The notes under the pieces are model-generated. The model was not told the origin of the DNA. It saw only the letters and a program-made list of their open reading frames with translations, and searched no databases. A program made the position numbers and the translations under genes. From the NCBI GenBank assembly GCA_934276635.1, contig CAKQTH010000001.1:72098-136097 (forward strand): DNA of 64,000 nucleotides, written 5' to 3'. Position 1 is the stretch's first letter. The number at the start of each line of letters is the position of its first letter. This document shows positions 50,737 through 59,872 of the stretch, piece by piece. Source of the stretch: an uncultured Alphaproteobacteria bacterium (GTDB taxonomy: Bacteria > Pseudomonadota > Alphaproteobacteria > RF32 > CAG-239).

Positions 50737-51137
50737 CACATTTTGCTTGTAAATATATAGGCTTGCCCTGGGTTGCCGGTGCGCAAGGCCCTGATGAATT
50801 TGACTGTTGGGGAATGGTGCGCTGGATCCTGAAGCACGAATACGGCATAGATGTGCCGGCGGTAAATGTTAATCCGGATAATCTTCGGAGCGTTTTAGTT
50901 GCGTTTAAAGAGGATCCTGCATTCCGGGCGTTTAATGAAGTTGAAAAACCGCAAGACGGTGATGTTGTTCTGCTTCGTCAGTCAAAACATCCGGTTCATG
51001 CCGGCTTATGGTTAGATGCAGACGGCGGTGGTGTTTTACATTGTTGCCGCGATGCCGGTGTTATCTTTCAAGATTTGCCATCAATGCGTCTGTGCGGGTG
51101 GCAAATAGACAGCTATTATCGAGTAAAAGGAAAATAA
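50733..51137 (+). CDS. phage NlpC/P60-family cell-wall peptidase (lambda gpK-like)
   Basis: 134 aa; catalytic Cys in FDCWGMVRW, His in HPVHAGLWL, second His near C-terminus (VLHCC). Confidence 0.7.
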   Translation: MTHFACKYIGLPWVAGAQGPDEFDCWGMVRWILKHEYGIDVPAVNVNPDNLRSVLVAFKEDPAFRAFNEVEKPQDGDVVLLRQSKHPVHAGLWLDADGGGVLHCCRDAGVIFQDLPSMRLCGWQIDSYYRVKGK

Positions 51138-53372
51138 ATGATTTACTTTTCACACATTACAAACCCTTTTCAGCCGAATAAGGGTCGGATAGACAATGTC
51201 CTTGATGACGGCAAAACCGTTTGGGACATGGTCCGGGAACAGAAAGTGGACCTTTCGCGCCCGACAATATGCATGATAGACGGTGACGCAGTCCTCAGGA
51301 AGTTTTGGAACGATACCGTTCAGCCGAAATCCTTGGTCTGCTTCATCACTTTGCCACAAGGCGGTGGCGGTAAAAAGTCATCAAACCCGATTCAGGTTGT
51401 TTTGATGGTGGCCGTTGTTGTTGCATCTGTTTATACGGGCGGTGCTGTGGCGGCGGCCTATGGTGCTGTTTGGGGTAGCGTTGCGGCGGCGGCAGTTTCC
51501 ATTGGCGGAAGCTTTCTCGTCAACACATTCGTTCCACCACCTAAGGCCTCTCTTAACGGGTCCGGTTCGTCAAACTCCATAGCGGCACAAAGTCCGACTT
51601 ACTCCTTGCAGGCACAGGGTAATCAGGCCCGACTTGGCAACCCAATACCGGTCATTTACGGACGACACCTGATTTATCCGGATTTTGCCAGTCAGCCTTA
51701 TTACGCTTACGCCAACGATGAACAATACGTTTTTCAGGTTCATTGTATTGGCCAAGGTGAATACAACATCGAAAAAATCCGAATTGAGGACACGCCGATC
51801 AGCTCGTTTGAAGAGATAACCTATCAGATCATCAATCCGGGCGAAACAAACACCTTATTCCGTGATGATGTGGTGACTTCGCCTGAGGTTGCCGGTCAGG
51901 AACTTCTAAAAGGAAACACGATCGGACCGTTTGTCTTGAATCCGACCGAAAGTGAAATTGACCGGGTCGAGATAGATGTTGCTTGTCAGCGCGGCCTTTA
52001 TTATGCAAACGACAGCGGTGGTTTGAATACAAAATCGGTCCAATGGCAGATAGATGCCCGAAAAATTGATGATGAGGACAACGCGCTGGGTGACTGGTTT
52101 ACTCTTGGTACCGAAACAATTTCAGCGAATACCGTCAACGGAATTTACCGGACATTTGGTTATTCTGTAGCCAAAGGCCGATACGAGGTCCGGGCTACCC
52201 GGTTAGATGACAAAGACACATCTTCCCGCGCTGGTCACGAACTCAGATGGGCCTCGGCAAAAGGCTTTATTGTATCGACGCCGGATTACGGGAACGTAAC
52301 CTTGCTCGCAATTAAAATGAAAGCAACCAACAACCTGTCACAAAGGTCAAGCCGAATGGTGAACTGTATCGTGACAAGGAAGTTGCCGACATGGTCGCCA
52401 AGCGGTGGCTGGACAACTAAACAGCCGACCCGGTCAATTGCTTGGGCCATTGCAGATGTTTTGAAAGCCAGTTATGGTGCCGGTCTGACGGATAAGTCCA
52501 TAGATTTGCCGGGCCTTTACCGGTTAGATCAGACTTGGACGGCGCATGGCGACACCTTTAACGGAGTGTTTGACAGTAAGCTGACCATATATGAGGCCTT
52601 ATCAAAGATCTGTAAAGTCGGCCGGTCTGTTCCTTATATTCAAGGCGGCATTGTCCGGTTTGTCCGGGACGAGCCAAAATCCATACCGGTTGCTCTGTTC
52701 GGGCCGAGGAACATCGTTAAAAACAGCCTGACAATTCAATACATCATGCCGTCAGAAGATACGGCGGACAGCGTTTGCGTTCAGTATTTTTCGGACCGGA
52801 CTTGGAAGAACTCGGAAATAACAGGAAGTTTTGCGGGATCCAGCTCAGATAAGACGGCAACTGTTGAGCTTTTCGGCTGTACCGATAAAAACCAAGCTCT
52901 CCGGGAGGCCATCTATATGGCGTTGGCTAACCGATATCGCCGGCGCATTGTGACATTTTCAACCGAACTGGAAGGTCTGATTCCGAGCTATGGGGATTTA
53001 ATCTCGATCACACACGATATGCCGCATTGGGGAACCGGCGGTGAAATCCTGTCAAAAAATGACATGACTTTAACGCTATCGGAACCGGTTGAGTTTACCG
53101 AGGGTCAAACTCACTATTTAGCCTTACGAACCAGAACTGGGGAACTATCCGGGCCATATCGGGTAAAAGCCGGATCGCTTCCGACAGAAGTTATTTTACT
53201 GGATATGCCCGATATTCCTATTGATACTGGGACCAATGCAGAACGAACTCATTTTGCCTTTGGAACCCAAGACAAATGGGGAACATTAGCTCGTGTAACA
53301 GGAATTAAACCGCGCTCCGGCAAGGTTGAAATTACTGCCGTCATTGAGGACAGCAGAGTTCACGCCAATTAA
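51138..53372 (+). CDS. phage tail host-specificity protein (gpI-like N-terminus fused to gpJ-like tail-tip domain)
   Basis: 744 aa; N-terminal Gly-rich hydrophobic segment GGGGKKSSNPIQVVLMVAVVVASVYTGGAVAAAYGAV resembling the lambda gpI C-terminus; central GNPIPVIYGRHLIYPDFASQPYYAY...RYEVRATRLDD resembling the J/GTA-g15 'putative phage tail' domain. Confidence 0.65.
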   Translation: MIYFSHITNPFQPNKGRIDNVLDDGKTVWDMVREQKVDLSRPTICMIDGDAVLRKFWNDTVQPKSLVCFITLPQGGGGKKSSNPIQVVLMVAVVVASVYTGGAVAAAYGAVWGSVAAAAVSIGGSFLVNTFVPPPKASLNGSGSSNSIAAQSPTYSLQAQGNQARLGNPIPVIYGRHLIYPDFASQPYYAYANDEQYVFQVHCIGQGEYNIEKIRIEDTPISSFEEITYQIINPGETNTLFRDDVVTSPEVAGQELLKGNTIGPFVLNPTESEIDRVEIDVACQRGLYYANDSGGLNTKSVQWQIDARKIDDEDNALGDWFTLGTETISANTVNGIYRTFGYSVAKGRYEVRATRLDDKDTSSRAGHELRWASAKGFIVSTPDYGNVTLLAIKMKATNNLSQRSSRMVNCIVTRKLPTWSPSGGWTTKQPTRSIAWAIADVLKASYGAGLTDKSIDLPGLYRLDQTWTAHGDTFNGVFDSKLTIYEALSKICKVGRSVPYIQGGIVRFVRDEPKSIPVALFGPRNIVKNSLTIQYIMPSEDTADSVCVQYFSDRTWKNSEITGSFAGSSSDKTATVELFGCTDKNQALREAIYMALANRYRRRIVTFSTELEGLIPSYGDLISITHDMPHWGTGGEILSKNDMTLTLSEPVEFTEGQTHYLALRTRTGELSGPYRVKAGSLPTEVILLDMPDIPIDTGTNAERTHFAFGTQDKWGTLARVTGIKPRSGKVEITAVIEDSRVHAN

Positions 53373-53385
53373 GAAAGGACACATC

Positions 53386-53628
53386 ATGGATTGGATTCAA
53401 TTTTTACAGATCATCTGCGTACCGGCCTTTGGCTGGTTTTTTTATAAACTCGGGGAGCAACGCAAGGAGATTAAAACCCTCGAGCGTGACCTCAACGAGT
53501 TCAAAGTTGCGGTGGCCAAGGAATATGCCACTCAGGTTAACATCAATCGCATGGAGACAAAGATTGATGAATTACATCAGCTTTTATGGGAGATGCACAA
53601 TGAACACACCACGCGGCATAAGAAATAA
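53386..53628 (+). CDS. phage small membrane protein (N-terminal TM plus coiled coil; holin or holin-associated)
   Basis: 81 aa; RBS GAAAGGA; TM FLQIICVPAFGWFFY then charged coiled-coil. Confidence 0.45.
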   Translation: MDWIQFLQIICVPAFGWFFYKLGEQRKEIKTLERDLNEFKVAVAKEYATQVNINRMETKIDELHQLLWEMHNEHTTRHKK

Positions 53629-54007
53629 TAACCCCGGCAACATCCGTTGGGGTTCGGACTGGAAAGGATTAAAAAAGGACGGGAAACAGCAAGACCCGTC
53701 CTTTTGTGTATTTGAAACGCCTGAATACGGTATCCGAGCGTTGGCTAAATTACTGCGGAACTATCAGCGGCTTTATGGCCTGAACACACCTTATAGGATT
53801 ATCAGCCGGTACGCACCACCAACCGAAAACGAAACAGTTTCATATATAGACAGCGTGTCCCGGCAGTTAAACAGCACTCCGGACACACCGGTCGACCTTT
53901 CGGAAGATGGTGTCTTGCTGGTCTTTATTAAGGCAATCATCAGACATGAGAACGGCATACAACCATACTCTAATGAACCTCTATTGAAAGGAATACAAAT
54001 GGCATGA
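53600..54007 (+). CDS. phage protein with conserved RGIRNNNPGNIR motif (candidate cell-wall-active or virion protein)
   Basis: 135 aa; RBS GGGAG; start overlaps the previous gene out of frame; ATGA stop/start overlap with the next gene. Confidence 0.45.
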   Translation: MNTPRGIRNNNPGNIRWGSDWKGLKKDGKQQDPSFCVFETPEYGIRALAKLLRNYQRLYGLNTPYRIISRYAPPTENETVSYIDSVSRQLNSTPDTPVDLSEDGVLLVFIKAIIRHENGIQPYSNEPLLKGIQMA

Positions 54008-54222
54008 AAAAACGGCTTTGGATCCCGGTCCTCGGATGGATCTTGTGTTATGGTTTTTTGCACAACTGTCTGATAGCCCCTATAACGGGTCTGCCGGTAG
54101 TGGATTGGGAATATTTATTAACGGCCATGGGCATTTTACTCGGTGTCAGTGGCGCACGAGATATTGGATTAAAGGAAAGAAAAACACAAGATGTGGTATC
54201 AGATCACAAACCTTTGGAATAA
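54004..54222 (+). CDS. holin-like small membrane protein (2 TM)
   Basis: 72 aa; TM1 IPVLGWILCYGFL, TM2 YLLTAMGILLGVSGA, charged C-terminus. Confidence 0.5.
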   Translation: MKKRLWIPVLGWILCYGFLHNCLIAPITGLPVVDWEYLLTAMGILLGVSGARDIGLKERKTQDVVSDHKPLE

Positions 54223-54412
54223 AGGTAAATACTGGATAATCGCCGGTGCGGTGGCCGTTTTATACATACTCGGCTATCGGCGCGGCAAGGAAAAAGAACA
54301 AGTGAAAGTAATGAAAGGAACGGTGGACAATGTCAAAACGGCTAAAAGAAGTCGGGATAGCCTGGCTGATCCTAAGCGCGTTAAGCGGTTGCACGACAAA
54401 TATAAACGGTGA
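54191..54412 (+). CDS. Rz-like inner-membrane spanin (i-spanin)
   Basis: 73 aa; N-terminal TM YWIIAGAVAVLYILGY then Lys/Arg/Glu-rich periplasmic helix. Confidence 0.45.
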   Translation: MWYQITNLWNKGKYWIIAGAVAVLYILGYRRGKEKEQVKVMKGTVDNVKTAKRSRDSLADPKRVKRLHDKYKR

Positions 54413-54524
54413 TTTTTGCCTTTTATACGAACCGGTGTATGCGGATTATGAGCATGACACCCCGGAAACAATACATCAAATTGATAGGAATAACGTAGTT
54501 TATGACGATTTATGTACAAATTAA
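54330..54524 (+). CDS. Rz1-like outer-membrane lipoprotein spanin (o-spanin), overlapped with the Rz-like gene in a different frame
   Basis: 64 aa; lipobox LSALSGC; starts inside the Rz-like ORF and extends past it (overlapped spanin architecture). Confidence 0.45.
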   Translation: MSKRLKEVGIAWLILSALSGCTTNINGDFCLLYEPVYADYEHDTPETIHQIDRNNVVYDDLCTN

Positions 54525-54592
54525 AAGATTTTGTTTGTATTCTCAGATATAATTTGATAGTATGTCTAATTAGCAAAATTGAAAGAGGTGTT

Positions 54593-55480
54593 ATGTTAAT
54601 ACTGAATATCAATGGGCCAATAAATTCTGGTAAATCAACCGTTTCTAAAATTTTGGTGAATATGTTCCCTAACACCACTTTTATTGAAGTGGATGAGCTG
54701 ATGAGTGATGAGGAACAAGCAAAGCTAGGATTATCCCTTCAACAAGGATGGCGGGAACGTCATAAACGATTGAAGCAGAAATTGCAAGCTCTTAAAAAAT
54801 CGCGTGCGTATGAAACTGTGATTTTTGCCTATCCGATTGCTGACAATACCTATCAAGATTGGAAAGCCTTGAAGGATGAACAGACAAAGTTTTTAAACAT
54901 TACCCTTGCACCCAATTTAGAGGAATGTCTAAAAAATCGTGGTACGCGAGAGTTGGACGATTGGGAACGGAACAGAATCAAAGAAATGTATGAGGAAGGC
55001 TATCAAAATCGTCCTTATTCCGACTTTATTATCAATAATGATAACCAAACACCCGCAGAAACCGCTGAGATTATTAAAGATTTTATTGAACATGCTTTAT
55101 CCCCGAAACAGCAATGGTTACATTTGGTTGAAAGGCGTTGGCCGGCTTTGTTAAATGGCGAAAAGACTTCCACATTCCGTTTGAATGAAGGATTTGTTCA
55201 TAAAGGATTTTTGGTCTATAAAGACTGCCCAAAAGAACAGTGGGCTGAGGTTGTTTATGTAACACAAATTTATTATGTGCCTTTGCGCCAAGCTATTGAA
55301 ATTGACGGATATGATGAACATACACCGGACATGGAAACAGCACTAAAACAAATGCGTGTTCATTACCCAGATATTACTTTGGATACGCCCATTTTATTTG
55401 CTCAGCATTTAGGCGCCCCAGAAACAAAGCAAAAATATCCACAAGAAGTGGCAAAAATTTTAAAGGAAATGGAAAAATGA
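54593..55480 (+). CDS. P-loop kinase (CPT/AAA_33-like) fused to a C-terminal ASCH domain
   Basis: RBS GAAAGAGGTG; Walker A NGPINSGKSTVS; C-terminal ASCH-like LLNGEKTSTFRL... Confidence 0.55.
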   Translation: MLILNINGPINSGKSTVSKILVNMFPNTTFIEVDELMSDEEQAKLGLSLQQGWRERHKRLKQKLQALKKSRAYETVIFAYPIADNTYQDWKALKDEQTKFLNITLAPNLEECLKNRGTRELDDWERNRIKEMYEEGYQNRPYSDFIINNDNQTPAETAEIIKDFIEHALSPKQQWLHLVERRWPALLNGEKTSTFRLNEGFVHKGFLVYKDCPKEQWAEVVYVTQIYYVPLRQAIEIDGYDEHTPDMETALKQMRVHYPDITLDTPILFAQHLGAPETKQKYPQEVAKILKEMEK

Positions 55481-55947
55481 GCTTACCAATTTGCTATCTT
55501 ATTTGTGGATTTTTGGGAGCTGGTAAGACAACTTATTCCCAAAAACTTTCAAAAGAAACGGGGGCCATTCATCTGAATCCAGATGAATGGTGTATGAAAT
55601 TGTTTTCTAAAGAAGAATATGAGCAAAATTGGAGCAAATGTTTTTCTGAAACAATAGAGCATCTTTGGAAAAAAGCAGAGGAATATGCTAAAAATGGAAA
55701 ATCCATTATTTTCGATATGGGATTTTGGACAAAACAAAGTCGGGATGAAGCAACACAAAGGGCAAAGGATTTGGGATTCAATCCTGTTATACATTTTTTG
55801 AATGTGCCAGATGAGATTTTGAAACAGCGGATTAGTGCTAGGAAAGGGACAATTGCAGAATATAATTTAAAGCATTTTGATGAATTAAAGAAGCAATTTG
55901 AAGAACCAGAAGAAAAAGAACAATATGTAAGAATAGAAAATTATTGA
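55477..55947 (+). CDS. P-loop kinase (AAA_33 / predicted small-molecule kinase family)
   Basis: Walker A CGFLGAGKTTYS, 156 aa; ATGA overlap with the upstream gene. Confidence 0.6.
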   Translation: MSLPICYLICGFLGAGKTTYSQKLSKETGAIHLNPDEWCMKLFSKEEYEQNWSKCFSETIEHLWKKAEEYAKNGKSIIFDMGFWTKQSRDEATQRAKDLGFNPVIHFLNVPDEILKQRISARKGTIAEYNLKHFDELKKQFEEPEEKEQYVRIENY

Positions 55948-55963
55948 TAAAAAGGAAGAAATA

Positions 55964-56449
55964 ATGCGTAAATCTGCTCGAGCAATCATAATTACAAAAG
56001 AAAACAAACTGCTATTGATGAAACGCACAAAACCGAATGAGGTATATTATGTTACAATCGGTGGTGGTATTGAAGATAGTGAAACATCTGAGCAAGCATT
56101 ATTGCGTGAGTTAAAAGAAGAAAGCGGAAGCATTGTTGATAAACCAGTTTTTGCTTTTCATTATGATGATATTGAAAGGCAAAATAGTGTGGATTTTTAT
56201 GTTTGTAAGGAAATTAATCGTACAAAACCGACAGGAATAGAATGTACAAAGCTAAACATGTCGGGTAATCAATATGAACTTACAGAAATAAGTAAAGATC
56301 AAATTAATAATATTCCACTTAAACCAGATGCTATCAAGGATAAGATTATCAAGATTTTTACTGATCAAGTAGATAATACTCTCCTTGAACCAAAGCTGAT
56401 TAAAAATAAAATCATCAAAAATTTTGAACATATTATTGTTAGGATTTAA
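55964..56449 (+). CDS. NUDIX hydrolase
   Basis: Nudix box GGGIEDSETSEQALLRELKEESG; RBS AAAGGAAG. Confidence 0.75.
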   Translation: MRKSARAIIITKENKLLLMKRTKPNEVYYVTIGGGIEDSETSEQALLRELKEESGSIVDKPVFAFHYDDIERQNSVDFYVCKEINRTKPTGIECTKLNMSGNQYELTEISKDQINNIPLKPDAIKDKIIKIFTDQVDNTLLEPKLIKNKIIKNFEHIIVRI

Positions 56450-56563
56450 TACATTTCTCTTACATACAATTATAATATTTAATTGGTGTAATTTAAAAAA
56501 ATATTGCCTTAAATATTCTAATATGTTAAAATGCCGGCAGGTTAAAATAAGAGAGTTTCCCAT

Positions 56564-57154
56564 ATGAAAAAGAAGATATATTTGTGTCGACATGCAGAAA
56601 CTATTTGGAATATTCCAGAAAATCAGCACCTACAGGGGTGGTCAGATAGTGATTTAAGCGAAAAGGGAAGAAATCAGACTTTGTTATTAAAAGATTTTCT
56701 CTTGAGAAGTAATATCTTAAAAATTTATACAAGCCCTTTGCTGCGATGTATTAGGACATTAAAACCTTTTTTAGAAACTAGAAATGTTGCTTGTGAAACA
56801 TTGGATCAATTAAAAGAGATAAATTATGGTTTATATGATGGACTGCCTTCGCATGAAGCTCGTCTTAAATATAGAGATTTTTTTACAGTTTACGATAATT
56901 CTCAAGATCCACAATCAAATACAATCCAATTTCCAAAAGGTGAAAGCAGGTTCGATGCTGCAAAACGCTTGTTGGAGGTATTAAAACATATCGTTACACA
57001 GGATGGTACGTGCTTTATTATGACGCATGGAGGGGTCCTGAGTTCTCTATTCCTTCTGTTATTTAATAAAAAACGAGAATTTAATAACTGTGAAGTTATA
57101 GAGCTTTGGTATGATAATTTACAAAAAAAATTTATAATTGAGGGGGATAAATGA
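56564..57154 (+). CDS. histidine phosphatase superfamily protein (phosphoglycerate-mutase-like branch 1)
   Basis: catalytic RHAET at residues 9-13 (LCRHAETIWN), 196 aa. Confidence 0.7.
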   Translation: MKKKIYLCRHAETIWNIPENQHLQGWSDSDLSEKGRNQTLLLKDFLLRSNILKIYTSPLLRCIRTLKPFLETRNVACETLDQLKEINYGLYDGLPSHEARLKYRDFFTVYDNSQDPQSNTIQFPKGESRFDAAKRLLEVLKHIVTQDGTCFIMTHGGVLSSLFLLLFNKKREFNNCEVIELWYDNLQKKFIIEGDK

Positions 57155-58800
57155 TAGAACTGCGTACAAAAAGTCCTTTAACAATAGTAGGGGTTAATTT
57201 AGGTCATGACGGTGGTGCGTGTATAATCCATAAAAATAAAATTATTAGTATTTCCGAGGAACGTTTGACCCGAAATAAAAAAGGATATGGATATCTATCT
57301 GCTTTGTTTTACTGTTTAAAGTCGCTTAAAATTACTGTAAAAGATATAGATTATGTTGCATTTAGTACTTATCATAAAAGACTACCTAAAGGGTATTTAG
57401 GCTTATTTGAAAGTTTGGGATTTAATAAAAAACAATCAATTATTATTGATCATCATGAATCTCATGCGTATGGTTCCTATTATTTATCAGGATTTGACGA
57501 GGCTCTGGTTGTTGTAATGGATGGCATGGGAAATGAAAATATGTCCGAAAGTTACTATCTGGCAAAAGGAAATAAAGTTAAAATTATCGGACATAATGAT
57601 TTAGATCGCTCTATATATGCTGGAGTAGGACGAGCATATGAATCGTTTACTAACTTCATTGGCTGGCCTACAACATGTGCTGGAAAAACAATGGGATTAT
57701 CTGCTTATGGGAAAGGAAACTACAAAAATATAAGATTGTTTAAAATAGATGATAATTTAAGGGTTTCCGCAGATTTGAAGAAAAAATATGGTGCTTCTGC
57801 TGAAGAATTTCTCTCAAGAAAGCATTTATCTGAACTTCTAAAAGAAAAAGGGAAGTTATCTGATGCAAAAGAAGTCGCAAAATTGATTCAAGATAAGACA
57901 GAAGATCTTTTTGTAGATCTAATAAAAAAATTAGTAGAGAAAACAGGCATTAGAAAGTTATGCTTAACAGGCGGATGTGCCCTTAATTGTGTTGCAAATC
58001 AAAAGTTATTAGATTTAGGCATTGTCGATGAAATATTTGTACCTCCATACCCCTGTGATACAGGACAAGCTGTTGGAAATGCCATAGCGGGGCTTGCTAA
58101 GAAAAAGATATATATAAAAGAAAGATTACCACACCCGTATTTTGGGAGGATGTATGATCGTAAAGAGATCTTAGATGTTTTACAAAAGAAACAGGAAATT
58201 TATCCACTTCCTTATGAAATAAAAATTAAGGATTATGACTTTAAAGAAATTCTTGATGAAAAAAAATATAACGAAATAATAGCAGACTATATTAAACATG
58301 ATCTTGTAGTCGGCTGGTTTCAAGGAGATTCCGAATTAGGACCGCGTGCCTTAGGTCATCGCAGTATTTTAGCAAATCCGACGTCCAAAACGATGAAGGA
58401 TCACATAAATATGAAAGTGAAGAAAAGAGAACCGTTCAGGCCTTTTGCAGCAAGTCTTTGCGATGATGATGTAGAAACATATTTCAAAAGTGGGCTTCAC
58501 GATAGATTTATGTCTTTTGCAATAGATTTAAAGGAAAAATATATTCCATTAATTCCAGCTGTTTTACATGTTGATAATACCTGTCGCCTTCAATCAGTTT
58601 CAAAAAAAGAGAACCCGAAGTATTATTCCTTAATAAAAGAACTAAAGAAAAAAATTGGTGTTCCAATGGTTTTAAATACTTCTTTTAACGAGGATAAAGA
58701 ACCAATAGTGGAAACCCCTGTTGATGCTTTAAGGCATTTAGCTGTTGGTAATATTGATGTTCTTGCTATGGATGATTTTATTGTGAGGTTAAAGAAATGA
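57151..58800 (+). CDS. NodU/CmcH-family O-carbamoyltransferase (TobZ/NovN-like)
   Basis: HHESH metal motif, GWFQGDSELGPRALGHRS, KREPFRPFA, HVDNTCRLQSV, NTSFN: the full set of family signatures; 549 aa. Confidence 0.85.
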   Translation: MIELRTKSPLTIVGVNLGHDGGACIIHKNKIISISEERLTRNKKGYGYLSALFYCLKSLKITVKDIDYVAFSTYHKRLPKGYLGLFESLGFNKKQSIIIDHHESHAYGSYYLSGFDEALVVVMDGMGNENMSESYYLAKGNKVKIIGHNDLDRSIYAGVGRAYESFTNFIGWPTTCAGKTMGLSAYGKGNYKNIRLFKIDDNLRVSADLKKKYGASAEEFLSRKHLSELLKEKGKLSDAKEVAKLIQDKTEDLFVDLIKKLVEKTGIRKLCLTGGCALNCVANQKLLDLGIVDEIFVPPYPCDTGQAVGNAIAGLAKKKIYIKERLPHPYFGRMYDRKEILDVLQKKQEIYPLPYEIKIKDYDFKEILDEKKYNEIIADYIKHDLVVGWFQGDSELGPRALGHRSILANPTSKTMKDHINMKVKKREPFRPFAASLCDDDVETYFKSGLHDRFMSFAIDLKEKYIPLIPAVLHVDNTCRLQSVSKKENPKYYSLIKELKKKIGVPMVLNTSFNEDKEPIVETPVDALRHLAVGNIDVLAMDDFIVRLKK

Positions 58801-59867
58801 ACAATTTAACATTATCTCAACCAGAATTAAAACAACGAATTGTAATAGGGCGTGATTTTTATCTAGAAGAATTAGAAAAATTCATAGCAGTATCTGATTA
58901 TAAATCTATATTTTTAATTTATGATACAAATTTAAAAGAAGAAAAAAAGAAAATTGCCAATTTATTAAAAAATAAACGTTTTTCATCATATGGAATTAGA
59001 GCAAATCAAGAAAAAAGTACTAACTTGGTAATCTCGGCAATAAAAAAAATGCAAATTTTTGGTTGCCTTAGAAACACGTTATTAATTGCTCTTGGTGGTG
59101 GTTTTATAGGAGATATTAGTGGTGTAGTCTCATCTGTATATATGCGTGGAATAGACTATATCCAGATAGGAACAACTGCTATGTCACAATTTGATGCAAT
59201 AGTACAAAAAGTAGCTGTTAATGTGAATCATTATAAAAATATTATGGGCGCATTTCATTCGCCAATATTAACTTTTTGCGATACAGAATTCGTTGAAAAA
59301 GACCCTTCATGTTTAAATTCGTTTTGTGAAGTAATCAAACACAAAATTATTGTAAAAAGTTCTTTGAAACAACTTCAAGAGCTAGAAAATAAAGAGCTAA
59401 AAAACGGAGAATTTCCAAAAATTATTTATGATTCTTTGAAAGTAAAATTGAATTGCGCAGCTCATGATCCATTTGATACTCTTGGAATACAAAAAAAACT
59501 GTCCTTAGGGCATACTATTGCGAATATCATAGAAACAAAAACATCTTTAACTCATGGGGAAGCTGTTTGGATTGGATTGCTAGTGGCTATAAGAGTTTCA
59601 CTATTTTTATATCCTAAATCTAATTATTTAGCTGATCTAGACGTTTTTACAAACAATTTTATAGTAAAACACAAAGTGAAACTCCCTAAAATAACTCTAA
59701 AGAAAGACGATATTCTACCACTCCTAAAGAAGGATAAAATATCTATGGATAAGGGGTTATCTATGGTGATAATCAATGAGAAAAATGAAGTTTCTATAAA
59801 AAATGATTTGTCTATTGATACAATTATCTCTGCGATGAGAAAAACACCTTATATAAGAGTAAAATAA
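58797..59867 (+). CDS. 3-dehydroquinate synthase-like sugar-phosphate cyclase (DHQS/DOIS/EEVS superfamily), divergent
   Basis: GGGFIGDISGVVSSVYMRGIDYIQIGTTAMSQFDAIVQKVAVN, KNIMGAFHSP, metal-binding GHTIANIIE...HGEAVWIG; 356 aa. Confidence 0.7.
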   Translation: MNNLTLSQPELKQRIVIGRDFYLEELEKFIAVSDYKSIFLIYDTNLKEEKKKIANLLKNKRFSSYGIRANQEKSTNLVISAIKKMQIFGCLRNTLLIALGGGFIGDISGVVSSVYMRGIDYIQIGTTAMSQFDAIVQKVAVNVNHYKNIMGAFHSPILTFCDTEFVEKDPSCLNSFCEVIKHKIIVKSSLKQLQELENKELKNGEFPKIIYDSLKVKLNCAAHDPFDTLGIQKKLSLGHTIANIIETKTSLTHGEAVWIGLLVAIRVSLFLYPKSNYLADLDVFTNNFIVKHKVKLPKITLKKDDILPLLKKDKISMDKGLSMVIINEKNEVSIKNDLSIDTIISAMRKTPYIRVK

Positions 59868-59872
59868 ATTTT

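Larger units (their letters stand above)
49707..54524 (+). mobile_element. defective prophage remnant: lambda-like tail-tip module plus lysis cassette (no head, terminase or integrase genes in window)
   Basis: contiguous same-strand genes with overlapping stops and starts: minor tail-like, NlpC/P60 (gpK-like), gpI/J-like host-specificity protein, holin-like, Rz/Rz1-like spanins. Confidence 0.6.
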
